A stretch of DNA of 64,000 nucleotides from Cyanidioschyzon merolae (lineage: Eukaryota), in NCBI GenBank assembly GCA_000091205.1, contig AP006484.2; one strand, 5' to 3'. The position numbers were made by a program, and so were the translations under genes. This document shows, piece after piece, positions 30,373 to 40,590 of the stretch; positions within the stretch are counted from its first letter, which is position 1, and each line of letters opens with the position of its first letter. The notes under the pieces are model-generated. The model saw only the letters and a program-made list of their open reading frames with translations, was not told the origin of the DNA and searched no databases.

Positions 30373-31639
30373 ATACTTAGAACAGTTGCATTCCCAATCT
30401 CGTCTCTATGAAAATCAGGAAGGAATTTGGTAACCACCACCATCAGCTATTACGAAGCACAGCATCTTCCGCTGAAAGGTCGCAATCCATATTTGAATCG
30501 AGCGGATTTCCTTTCGTTTGGTACACGAACAGACTCAGACGTGCGTGCTTCTCGGAAACCGTTTCATTCTTTGTGTCTGTGCAAAACTAGTAGCGAATTC
30601 CACATGCAAACATTTGCTCTTCTTCAGATACTCCCGCGTCTCTGAAGCAAGGATCGAGTTCGAGAAACATTACCCTAGTATTTTCTAGGAAGTCCGAGAG
30701 CCCCTAGGTTTCGAGAAAGACAAATTCTTTCAGTTATGTGAGCGACGTATCCAACCCCAATCTGCATACAATTCCTTCGTTATCAGCCATTGTTTCGTAC
30801 CAGCAAACGATACTTGTCTTCCAATCCCGCACCCCTCGCTCCTGCTCCTACAATTTCACCACTGGCATTTCTATTGACGATTGGGACTCTCTCTTGCATA
30901 CAAACAGTCCACGAGCTCTATTGCATCAGCATTCGCCATCCATCAAATCTGTCAAAGTGTCCTGACAGGCATATCGGCAGCGCGACGAATCCCAGTACAC
31001 TTGTTCACATTGCGGATCCGACACACTCAGATCTCTCCAGTGTGGGTAGGATATCGGCTGGCGTACAGTCAACTAGCCGTGCCATATTCGATCAGATGCG
31101 AGAAAGCCATCATAAACCGGGGAAGAGACTTCAGCTTCTTTGCAGAAGCTTCCTCGCTCCGCCGACATAGAGTCGAACTCAAAGCCGAAAGAGCGCCCGG
31201 ATCTGTCGAGCTACTCGCACGATGCTGATCCTGATATGAGTGCATGCGCCTATGCTGCATATGCCGATGCAACCTCCGCATTGAGATAGGACGATTTGAT
31301 TGAAGCCCTGCTTCGCAACTGGAGACTTGACCCCGGGTTTGTAGTCGGTCCAGGCGCCCGAAGAGGTGTATGGGGATCTCAACTGATTCCCAACAGCAGA
31401 CACGTTCCCAGGGAATGCAGGTTCGATGCATCGCTTGGGCGACACAAAACTGAGCGGGGAAAGCACAGCCATACGCATTTGTGCGGGCAGGGGCTCGAGT
31501 CGCCGTCCTCCTGTCGCGGTGTCGTGAAACATCACCGGTGCTGCGGCGGCGGCACGGCGCGCCTGGCCTCCGCGACAGGCTGCCCAACTGCGCCGCTCGC
31601 TCAATGGACATGAGATCTTGTTCAGGGATCGTGCTGTCG

Positions 31640-31870
31640 GGTCTAGCACATGCACTCAGCTCGTATGCTCGACGAACGTACAATCTCGTTCAGTTGCATT
31701 AAGTGAAGTTCTATTGCATGCACTCAGCTCGCATGCTCGACGAACATGCAATCTCGTTCAGGAGCACAAAGGAAAGGTCTACTGCATGCGAGCGACTCTT
31801 GTTTTGGACTAACATCCGAAATGGCTCTGGGGTACTGTGTCAAGGTCTCCTGCATGCGAGCGACTGTGTC
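31640..31870. repeat. Degenerate tandem repeat (about 50-70 bp unit, 3-4 copies) containing repeated CATGCA / GCATGC motifs, just upstream of the next gene
   Basis: Recurring units are gcatgcactcagctcg[t/c]atgctcgacgaac[g/a]t[a/g]caatctcgttcag (twice) and ctgcatgcgagcgact[c/g]t (twice). Confidence 0.6.
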
Positions 31871-31918
31871 AGTTGATTCGACTTGTTTACGGCGAACAAG
31901 GGATGCCTGGCTTTTAAT

Positions 31919-33454
31919 ATGCGGCACACGAAACCTCTAACTTCTCTATTCATTACGCAATTGTTCTCGCAAATAATTGTCGCTGTATGTATCTGCGCTT
32001 TGATTGTGAATTTTTGGCATCATGATCACCGAACGCTCTATACTCTGGATAATTTTTCACGAGAGCAAGATGATTCGAACTTATCTCGCATACGGGATGT
32101 ATCCGACGCATGGATATCAACAGCTCTTGCAGCTCAGAACGAATACCAGGAAGTGATCCCAATTCGTCTCATGCAGCCTCCGTCGACACACAACTCCTTT
32201 CTCTCTGTTGCTGAGGGCTACGGTCTCTGCAGCACACTTTCCTTCGCCCTCCAGAACTGGACACTGAGTGATCAGATTATGCACAGCATTCGTCAAGTGG
32301 AACTTGATGTCTTTCGCATCGACTCCGAGCTCACAGTTTGCCATCCCTGCTATGATGAATGTACTTGGGCATCTTGGGCATGCAATCGTAGCCTCAACAC
32401 GTACGCTACCCCAACTGTGCCGCTCTCTTCACCGTATTTTGGATGCGATCCGGAAATAAATCTTTCCTTCAAAACAGCTCTGGAGAAAATCTGGCGTTCG
32501 TGTCGAACGTACGTTGACGAGCATCCGCAGAGAAGGGCTCGTGAGCTCCTCATCCTGCACTTGCAGCTGCACGTAGATAGTTCAATCACTGAACTGGAAG
32601 AAACCCTCGATTCCAATCCTTGGATATCACAGCTAGTCACCGAGATTCGTGAGAGTATACCTGAAAAAGCGCTTCTTCCCGCTGCTTTCGATGAACCGTT
32701 GGAGGTCCTGATTGAAAAAAGCGTTGCTGCGTTTCGTGAGCGGACGCCAGTTGTAGAATACCCTGCTCTATGGGTTCTACCAGTCATCGACCTACTGAAT
32801 CCGAGCAATGGGAAACGAACGCCTGCAAACAGCCCTCTCTTCTCACGGTCTGCTTCACCCCTGAGAAAAGTTGGGGTACCAAACGTGAACCCGCTGGAAT
32901 ACCCAGAGAATCGACTGAACCATTTACTCCAAGACGGAACCTGCCTCGTTCATGCGGGCGGAAGAGCTGCCTCGAGGATCAGCAAGAACTTCACCTATTT
33001 CGTCGGCTCTATCTTCAGCTCTCCTGCGCACATTACTGAAGCATACCGTTGTGGGTTCGCTGTTCGTGCTGCTATGCCATCGAGTTCACTTCGGAAAGAG
33101 GCTCTATGGGGAATGATCTGGTCCTGGAAAGCAAACTCTAGTATCGCAGCGTTGACGAGCGAAACGCCCGAAGGATTTCACCAACCCGTCTTCATGGATG
33201 CCACCGACTGCCGTTGGACGACGCAGAGCCCAGATCTAGAGTATGCTGCAGATATTTGGCTATGCACAACAGATCCATCGAGAACGATTGGCGAACGCAC
33301 TTCATGGAATTTGGTGGCAGACTTGAATAGCTCCTGCCTGGTGGATATTCCGCGCACAGGCTACGAGAACGCATTCGCCTGTGCTGTGCTTCGCGAAAGA
33401 AAACTTCGCGGTGCAAGGCTCGGTGTAGCGAAAACCGTTGGCAACGTTGCTTAA
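31919..33454 (+). CDS. Membrane-anchored protein with a PI-PLC X-domain-like (PLC-like phosphodiesterase TIM-barrel) region
   Basis: The first ATG at 31919 gives MRHTKPLTS.., followed by a TM helix (IIVAVCICALIVNFW). STHNSFL...LQNWTLSDQIMHSIRQVELDVFRID resembles the PI-PLC X-box (HNSY...Q...GVR.LELD). The remainder is unrecognised. Confidence 0.5.
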   Translation: MRHTKPLTSLFITQLFSQIIVAVCICALIVNFWHHDHRTLYTLDNFSREQDDSNLSRIRDVSDAWISTALAAQNEYQEVIPIRLMQPPSTHNSFLSVAEGYGLCSTLSFALQNWTLSDQIMHSIRQVELDVFRIDSELTVCHPCYDECTWASWACNRSLNTYATPTVPLSSPYFGCDPEINLSFKTALEKIWRSCRTYVDEHPQRRARELLILHLQLHVDSSITELEETLDSNPWISQLVTEIRESIPEKALLPAAFDEPLEVLIEKSVAAFRERTPVVEYPALWVLPVIDLLNPSNGKRTPANSPLFSRSASPLRKVGVPNVNPLEYPENRLNHLLQDGTCLVHAGGRAASRISKNFTYFVGSIFSSPAHITEAYRCGFAVRAAMPSSSLRKEALWGMIWSWKANSSIAALTSETPEGFHQPVFMDATDCRWTTQSPDLEYAADIWLCTTDPSRTIGERTSWNLVADLNSSCLVDIPRTGYENAFACAVLRERKLRGARLGVAKTVGNVA

Positions 33455-33689
33455 AGCAGTGGACATTGTGAGCTACGGCGGAGTGAAAGCCGCTTCGCCG
33501 ATTCTCAGGCCGGTTGCGTCGATGCATGGGCAACCATCCGAGGGTTCTACTGCACGAGGAAAGATCTTGCGTGCTGTTCACAGAAAATCGCTTCTTCCAG
33601 CTAGGACCTATCAGCAGCGCTTCCTTTACCACCATGGTCAAATCTATGGCTAACAGTGCATCATTGCACTTCGCTGGATTTTACTTCTC

Positions 33690-36347
33690 TTATTTTTTCG
33701 GCATAGCCTCTTCAAATAGATCGAAAAAGTGTTGATCTGCAGGTGTAACTTTGCGGCCGGTATTCTCCTGATCCCTCATGAAGCTTGTTTGTGCAGCGGA
33801 GCCTCCGCTACCAGAGCTTTGAGGCATTGAAGCCCCCGTGAAGAAGGGTGGAGGTAGCGCAGGATTCTGGAGTGGGCTGATCGCCATTGGATACTGCTGC
33901 ATGGGGGGCAGCTGCGGCCGGTAATAAGATGGTGGCCCATTCCCTAAATCTGACTGCGGCGTTGTACCGTGAGACTGTACATGAGGAACCGGTGGAGCGT
34001 AGAACTGCGGTGGATACCCGGGTGGACCAAAAGCCCCTGGGTGCACACCCGGAAAGGCCCCAGGCACTGGAGGCGGCGGATACATAGGGTAAGCGCCGTG
34101 TGATGCATACGGCGGCAGCATACCATAGCCACCGGCTTGATATGCAAACTGCTCAGTGCTTGGGGCAACCAGTTCTGTATCTGTTCGATGTCGGGGATCG
34201 ACGCCATCCGTGCTCCTCTTGCCCTTTGCAGATGCGGTAGCTGTACCTGCAGCTTTGCGTGGGGCAACGCCTCGCTTGCTCCGTTGATTTGCGCTCGTCG
34301 TCGAAGAGTCCGACTCGGATTCTATCTGATCATCTGAGTCGCTGCTACCCTCAAGCAGCGCAAGTAGATCAAACTCTTTTGGTTTCGCCGACTCCTTCTT
34401 TTCAATAACAGCTGGAGGAGCTGTGCTGACTTTCTTACGCGAAACTTGGCGCCCACGATCAGCCTGCTCGAGTTGGGGCCCGTCGCCTTCATCTTTGATT
34501 GACGCACCAGTCTGAACTCTGGTCACAGCAGTATTATCCTCCGTTTGGTTCAGCGCTCGCTGTGTAGCAGAGCCAATAACTCGAGATTCTCCGTGTTCAT
34601 TGCCTGTCTCCGTTTGCGTGGCTGCGACAACCTGAGTCGAGCTAGCGTCCATTGGATGCGCTTCAGTGCCTTCGACTGAAGCGATCTGTGCAGCGGCTTG
34701 TTCATTTTTTTGCATTCCGGGATCATTGCGTGAGGTCGAAACCAGTTGCGATGACTCGGCTGACGCGTCTTGTGGCTTTTCATTCACAATTTCTTGTTCA
34801 GTTGAGTCTAGTTCATCGCCACGGATTCGCGGGATATCTCCCATCTTAACGCGTTCTAAATGATCGAACATTTCATCAAGAACGCTCTGGGATGGGCGAG
34901 CCACATTTGGCATAGGTTGGCCCACACCCACAGATTGGCACTGCTTCAAGTATTGCGCAACCCCTATATCTTGATCGAGATATCTACGGTAGATCTCAAA
35001 TGCAGACTCTAGAATTTCCGGAGCATCGACACTGTAGAACTGTTCCACCAGATTCTGCACAGCTCTAGATAAAGCAGGTAAGAGCTCTGCCAAGTCTCTC
35101 AAACAAAGGCGCACCGCTCCGCGCGCTGGAAGGCAGCTCGCATTTCCAAACTCGAGCCTGACCGCCAACAGCAGGTCTAAATTATCTTGTAAGTACGGCA
35201 CTTCACTGATTAGCTGCAGAAAATCGCAGTCTTCAAAGCGTGACGGCCCCCGCAAACGTCCACTGCGCAAACTCGGCGCATCACGCATTTGCGATGCACC
35301 AGGGGGCATCGTCTGATAAGTATTCACACCCGAAGCCATGAAAGCCATCCCTGGAGCCGCGTAAGGATTCGTATCCTGAATTCTCTCCGGCCAGTCTATT
35401 TTCTGTTTCGTCAGGCACCAACGCTCAAGATACTGCGAATACGACAGGATGACGGGCATGTTCATAATAGCGTCTGAGGTCTGTTCGATGTAACCATGAA
35501 AGCGGAAAACATTGCTTGCGTTATTTGCCAAAAACGACGTGAATGCCGGGTTCCCATCCTGGAAAATCCGGTGAAACACAAGCATGGATTTCAGTACAAC
35601 AATCCAGTCTTTCCACTGAAGGCGTTTTCCAAGTTGATGTAGAATAGCACCAGTCGGTGTTAATTTGTCCATAATATTTCCACCCATATAGGTGCCGCGA
35701 AGAATGACCTGAACGTGTTTTTCCTTAGGTTCGGAAACCACGTGATTTGTCGCTTTCACAACAGCGACTTTCCAGACGTCGCTTTTAACCCGCGCTTTAA
35801 AAGCTTTCCAGGAATCCTGCGTGGACGCCAAAAATCCACCCTCAGTCCGTGGCTTCGCGTACGCAGCACTAACGTCAGGCATTGGCGCCGGCGGCAGGCC
35901 TGCAGCACTGGCACTTGGCGCACCTGTCGGGGCCGCCAGTGCGCCATACGGATCGAGACCCGCATAGTTAGAACCGAGGCGAGCCGACTGGGCACGAGCT
36001 TGGCCATACGCTTGAGATGAGTTCCGCTCAAAGTCGTAGCTCCGCGTGGAACCAGGTCTTGAACTTGACTGTTGCCCGGAGCCTGTGCTGGTGTTCAGCC
36101 CGGTCGCGCGCATCGATCCACTCTGATACCGTGAGCGCTCAGCCGGTACAGTGCCGTACACCGAACCCGCCGTTTGTCCAGGTGTCGGGGTGCCAACACG
36201 GAAGCTCGTGCCGCGTAAGCTGCTTGGTTCGCTAACGCTACCGTGTTTACCGCCTCCTGAGGCTGAAGATTGACTCACGTATACACCAGGTGATGATCGC
36301 CCTCCCGCGGTTCCACTGTTTACCCCAGAACCGGCGGTCGGATCCAT
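33690..36347 (-). CDS. ANTH-domain clathrin assembly protein (AP180/CALM/PICALM-like)
   Basis: An 885-aa ORF with an ATG at 36345-36347. It has an S/G-rich N-terminal extension of about 180 aa. The ANTH domain reads VWKVAVVKATNHVVSEPKEKHVQVIL...NIMDKLTPTGAIL...WIVVLKSMLVFHRIFQDGNPAF...FRFHGY. An acidic middle region follows. The C-terminal tail is P/Y/G-rich, like the disordered AP180 C-terminus. Confidence 0.75.
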   Translation of the reverse strand: MDPTAGSGVNSGTAGGRSSPGVYVSQSSASGGGKHGSVSEPSSLRGTSFRVGTPTPGQTAGSVYGTVPAERSRYQSGSMRATGLNTSTGSGQQSSSRPGSTRSYDFERNSSQAYGQARAQSARLGSNYAGLDPYGALAAPTGAPSASAAGLPPAPMPDVSAAYAKPRTEGGFLASTQDSWKAFKARVKSDVWKVAVVKATNHVVSEPKEKHVQVILRGTYMGGNIMDKLTPTGAILHQLGKRLQWKDWIVVLKSMLVFHRIFQDGNPAFTSFLANNASNVFRFHGYIEQTSDAIMNMPVILSYSQYLERWCLTKQKIDWPERIQDTNPYAAPGMAFMASGVNTYQTMPPGASQMRDAPSLRSGRLRGPSRFEDCDFLQLISEVPYLQDNLDLLLAVRLEFGNASCLPARGAVRLCLRDLAELLPALSRAVQNLVEQFYSVDAPEILESAFEIYRRYLDQDIGVAQYLKQCQSVGVGQPMPNVARPSQSVLDEMFDHLERVKMGDIPRIRGDELDSTEQEIVNEKPQDASAESSQLVSTSRNDPGMQKNEQAAAQIASVEGTEAHPMDASSTQVVAATQTETGNEHGESRVIGSATQRALNQTEDNTAVTRVQTGASIKDEGDGPQLEQADRGRQVSRKKVSTAPPAVIEKKESAKPKEFDLLALLEGSSDSDDQIESESDSSTTSANQRSKRGVAPRKAAGTATASAKGKRSTDGVDPRHRTDTELVAPSTEQFAYQAGGYGMLPPYASHGAYPMYPPPPVPGAFPGVHPGAFGPPGYPPQFYAPPVPHVQSHGTTPQSDLGNGPPSYYRPQLPPMQQYPMAISPLQNPALPPPFFTGASMPQSSGSGGSAAQTSFMRDQENTGRKVTPADQHFFDLFEEAMPKK

Positions 36348-36561
36348 GCCAAAACCAAAAAATTATCTATGCTCCAAAACACGAAAAGTACCTCGTCGCT
36401 CGACGAAACGAACTCGTACTACCTTGGAAACAGACACACAACAACTGTCTTGACGGCTCCGAAGCGGTTGTAGACACGTCGGCTGCGCGAATCCGAAAGA
36501 TGGACAATTCTGCACAGACCCTTGGAGATCCAGAGCGAGTCTATTCTGTACGCGGCCCTCC

Positions 36562-36597
36562 GCAGCCGCAGCCGCAGCCGCAGCCGCAGCCGCAGCC
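36562..36597. repeat. (GCAGCC)6 hexanucleotide microsatellite
   Basis: A perfect run, cgcagccgcagccgcagccgcagccgcagccgcagccgcc, sits about 215 bp upstream of the ANTH gene ATG. Confidence 0.9.
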
Positions 36598-38385
36598 GCC
36601 GCTGTGCAGTCCAACGTCTGACGCTGCGAATCGCTCATCGAGCTCACATTCGGCAAGCAGCAGTGCGGAAACTTGATCGCTGCAATTCGAACCTCGCATG
36701 TGTTTTTCCGACAATCTGTCGGGCTTCTCGCCAGCCAGGAAGGGTATTCTGAGGGCTCTTGGGGACAGAAACTATATCGGAGAAAAGGTGTATACGTTGG
36801 TTTGAAGAACATTTCCCTGGGGAGTCTCCTCGAGTACGTCTCTCAGTGGAAAGCGCGTGAGGTACCGATGGGGAGCGCTTGAAACCTCCACGCCCATATC
36901 AGAATAGATTTGAAAGGGCTACCTACCCAACTTGCGCGCGTACGCTAGAGGTGGGGTCTCTTTTCAATGAGATTAACTCCAGCCGATGTGGGCTTTATCT
37001 GTGATTGCTTCATCTAGATCTCCTTGAACTCCTACTTTAGGGACAGTGGTCCCTACGCTCGTTCCATCTCGGTCGGCAGCGTTAAAGTTCCGCTTTTGCT
37101 ACTTCCGGCTGTTGTCGACGCATTTTACCACAGTCGGAGTCAGCCATTTACGCTTCGTTCGTCAGTTAAATCTTCTTCGTATGCCATGCTGGGGCTGTCT
37201 TCTATGCGATGACAACTGGTTATGGACAGGTGTTCCCATTTGTCTACCACAACTCCCCATTCGAGCGGCGTCCTGTTGCATGTTAAGGGATGCCTCATGG
37301 CTCGGAACAGGCGCCTGGAGTGAACAAAAACTCATCTAGATGCCCGCCACCGTTTCTGCGCTCGAAGCCGTACCCCACGACGGCGTGCGTCTTCTCGGGG
37401 ATCCTTTCCGTTAAGTATGCTGTCCACTGCACGCGCAAGCACGCGCTTATCCATTCGACAGGGGATATGTGCAACGATATGGTATCCAGGATGAAACGAG
37501 CACTGGAAGGAAACTTCATGGTAGAGATAAAGTCGAGATATTCCGATCCGTCTGAGCTCGCCCCGCGCAAAGCGGTGAAGCAGTCTCCACTTGGTGCGAT
37601 CGCTGCGATAACTCAAGTCCTGATCCAAGACTCTTTCCATGTAAACAATAGGGGCCGACTCCTGTAGGAGCATACCTCCCGCTATCTACCTTGTTAATAC
37701 TGTCAGATGCAGTCTCTTCGATGGCCCCGTAGAGGAGCGGATTTGTCTTTCAAACGAAATGTATTGTTCGACGTGAAAAATTCTTTGAATCTTTGGCAAG
37801 CGCTTTTTGAAGAAGTCGCCAGGGCAGAGCGTCCAGTTTTCTCCTCGTCAATTCAACAGTGCGAGATGCAGCACGCAGGTGGTGTTTCGAAATATAAAAA
37901 GAAAAAAATGAAGAATGCGTGATTTGGACATGCAGCACACATAGATAGGAGAAGCGTGGAAGATCTTACGCATAAGCTCGAAAAATGCCACCTATATACA
38001 GACACCGTGTTCGCGGGCATCGCGAATCATCTTTTTTCCAGTGTCGTAACAAATCTCAAGCGCACAGAGTTTGAGCCAGTCGTGAAAGAGAACCGAGAAT
38101 CGTAAAACTTCATATGGAGTCTTAAGCCATTTTTGCTGTATTTTGAATGTCGAGACAGCACATCTAAAAGTTTGGAAAGAATACTGAAATATAGGTACAG
38201 AGCGAGCAGCTCAGTGCTCCGTTTTTGCAGACCCGGGCGCGCGTCTGGCCGGCATCAGATACTTGCTTGCAGACTATGCAAAATAACTGTTATTCGCTTT
38301 TTGCTCGCAAAAGCCTGCCTCGCGGTCACAGGCACACCCGTCCGACATTTTGTCTCTTTCACGTATATGCAATGTTCATACATGC

Positions 38386-40590
38386 TCAGACGCGCTTTTC
38401 TGAACGAATCCGAGTCGAGCGACAGGGCGCCGCGTCCAGTGCGTCAGCGCTGGGACTCGGGCGGAGTTGCTTCTCAAACCGCCTTGTCCGCTTCCGTTCG
38501 GCCTTTGTCGACTCGGGTGCGTGCTCGTGGGCCGTATCCAGTGCCTCCTCCAAAACGCTCAGCCAGCGCTGCACGTCCGCGAGCTGGACCCTCCTGGGGA
38601 GCCCGATGCGGTCCCGCAATAGCGTATGCAATTCGGTTGGGTTCGGAGACTCAGCGGGCGCGCTGGTCAAGGCGTTATGCAACTGATCTCGCAAGTGCTT
38701 CACCAGCCAGCGCAGGTGCTGGCGTTCGCTGTCCACAGCACTCGTCTGGAAAACCGCTCCGGGAGTGCGCGCCTCTCGCAGTGCAAGGGCATACTTTCGG
38801 AGCGCTAGCCAGTGAAGCTCTCGAAACAGCGGGAACTGGTACTTGGGTAAGACGCGTAGACGGTTCTCCATCTGGAACACGCGGTGCTGCATGACAACGC
38901 CGCCCAGGTGGAGAATGTTGCCTCCCAGCACAACGCTGTCCGCTGGGGTGTACACAGCATGCAGCCATCCCGCCGGAATGAACAACGTGTTTCCCGCGTC
39001 GAGGTCAATGACGGCAATAGGGCTCAGCTCCTCAACAAAGTCTAGCTCACGCAGCGCCTGTTGCGGATCCCGCTGCCACCGCTCGTAGAGCTGCAGATGG
39101 CGCTCTGTAGGCGGCGACACGTAGAAGCGCTTCTTCCCGCGCAGCACGTGATAGAACACCGTCGATCCGCCAAAGTCTATATGCCACGAGGTCCACGATC
39201 CAGCGCCGCTTAGAAGGTAGTACTTATCAACATGCGGGCGCGGCTCCGGATACAGCGACGCCCAGTCCGCTCGGCGAATCAGCGCCGGCACCACGAACGC
39301 TCGCCCTGTCGGTGTTCGTGATATCTCCAAGGAGATGAGGTTCAGCACCCGCTGACGTAACGCTGGCGCGGTTGCCAGGTAATCCAGGTACTGCCCCAGG
39401 CTCCAGCGGGGATGCAGCTCACTCTGGCTCGCGACATCCAGCACTTCGCAATGACGCTCAAGTCCGTACTCGCGCCCGACCTCCTCGGGATGGTAAGCAC
39501 GATGTGGAATGTGCATGTCGAGCCCGTCGGGATCGAGCACGACACAGGGCGCATCGGGCATGCGCTGCAATTCGCCACCGGTGCCGTAGACAAGTATCCC
39601 CAGATGCGCCGCTAGCCCGCCAGCGTCGCTGGTGGCGTCCTTCGCCCAGCTCTGAGCCCGGCGTTCAGCGGCCGCTCGTGCCGCCTCGCTCAGAGCGCCG
39701 GCGCAGGTGCCGCCCCGCAGGGCACCGCCTATATCGCCCTCATGGAGGCGGGCGTAATCGGTGACGGCCGGACGTCCATGCTGGCTCCGCGGGCGTTTCG
39801 GTCGCTGCACTGGAGTGAATAGGTCCGTCCCTGTCCCGGAGCAGAACCGACAAATAAAGGTCTTAGATGCCCGCACACGTGAAACGTCCAGAAATAGACA
39901 AGAGATGTGGAACCAGCCGTACGCGCAGGTCGGGTTGTCGCACGCTACCATGATGCCGTTGCGGCGCGCGTCGTACGGCTGGCGACATATGCAGAACCGC
40001 GTACTGGTGGTGCGCTGGTTTTCAGGTTTCGTGTCCTGATCTGTAGCCAAGCATCCGCAAGCGCTGTGCTCGCTGTGAGATGCGACATTGGTGGAAGCAC
40101 CAATGCTATTCGCAGCGCTCCGTGGATCGGGACCGGGATCGGGTGGATACGATGGCATCGAGTCGAGCGTCTCGGGCGCTGCTGGTGCCGCACTACTCGC
40201 TGGCATTCTACCCGCCGGGAGCATCTGTGAAGAGCGCTCACCGCAGGGGCTTGTAGCGCGCCCTCTTTTCGCGATAGCGGCGAGCCTTCGCGTCTCTGCG
40301 GCGCACGCTGACGCTGTCGCGCAGGATGTGCACGAACTTGGTACGCTTTCGGATATGGATGATGGTGTTGTACATATTTCAGCAGCTGTAAATGCGTCGT
40401 TCGCACCTATCGGCATTTCGGGAAGCTCAACACGAGCAGGGACACGTTGCATCGTATGCCGCAGCACGTGTCCGTGCTGTCTGCATGCGTGCGCTGACAC
40501 GTCACGAGCACGCATCTCGGAATCGGAGGTCACAAGCGGCCGCTGCGCATCCTCGATGGCGTCGATGATTGGTGAACGCTCCGCCATCAT
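38386..40590 (-). CDS. PHD-finger + JmjC-domain protein (KDM7 / PHF8 / JHDM1-like 2-oxoglutarate-dependent histone demethylase family)
   Basis: The PHD finger is CICRQPYDARRNGIMVACDNPTCAYGWFHISCLFLDVSRVRASKTFICRFCSG. The JmjC domain carries the Fe-binding pattern ..WTSWHIDFGGSTVFYHVLRGKKRFYVSPP...LDAGNTLFIPAGWLHAVYTPADSVVLGGNILH (H-x-D...H). Confidence 0.8.
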   Translation of the reverse strand: MMAERSPIIDAIEDAQRPLVTSDSEMRARDVSAHACRQHGHVLRHTMQRVPARVELPEMPIGANDAFTAAEICTTPSSISESVPSSCTSCATASACAAETRRLAAIAKRGRATSPCGERSSQMLPAGRMPASSAAPAAPETLDSMPSYPPDPGPDPRSAANSIGASTNVASHSEHSACGCLATDQDTKPENQRTTSTRFCICRQPYDARRNGIMVACDNPTCAYGWFHISCLFLDVSRVRASKTFICRFCSGTGTDLFTPVQRPKRPRSQHGRPAVTDYARLHEGDIGGALRGGTCAGALSEAARAAAERRAQSWAKDATSDAGGLAAHLGILVYGTGGELQRMPDAPCVVLDPDGLDMHIPHRAYHPEEVGREYGLERHCEVLDVASQSELHPRWSLGQYLDYLATAPALRQRVLNLISLEISRTPTGRAFVVPALIRRADWASLYPEPRPHVDKYYLLSGAGSWTSWHIDFGGSTVFYHVLRGKKRFYVSPPTERHLQLYERWQRDPQQALRELDFVEELSPIAVIDLDAGNTLFIPAGWLHAVYTPADSVVLGGNILHLGGVVMQHRVFQMENRLRVLPKYQFPLFRELHWLALRKYALALREARTPGAVFQTSAVDSERQHLRWLVKHLRDQLHNALTSAPAESPNPTELHTLLRDRIGLPRRVQLADVQRWLSVLEEALDTAHEHAPESTKAERKRTRRFEKQLRPSPSADALDAAPCRSTRIRSEKRV

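Noticed and set aside
38133-38894. 253-aa plus-strand ORF overlapping the JmjC gene in antisense; also the 266-aa minus-strand ORF 42833-43633 inside CCT3, and similar antisense ORFs in other large genes
   Set aside because: These are GC-rich antisense frames inside well-supported conserved genes. Their translations are Ala/Arg/Ser low-complexity with no domain signal, which is typical of spurious ORFs.
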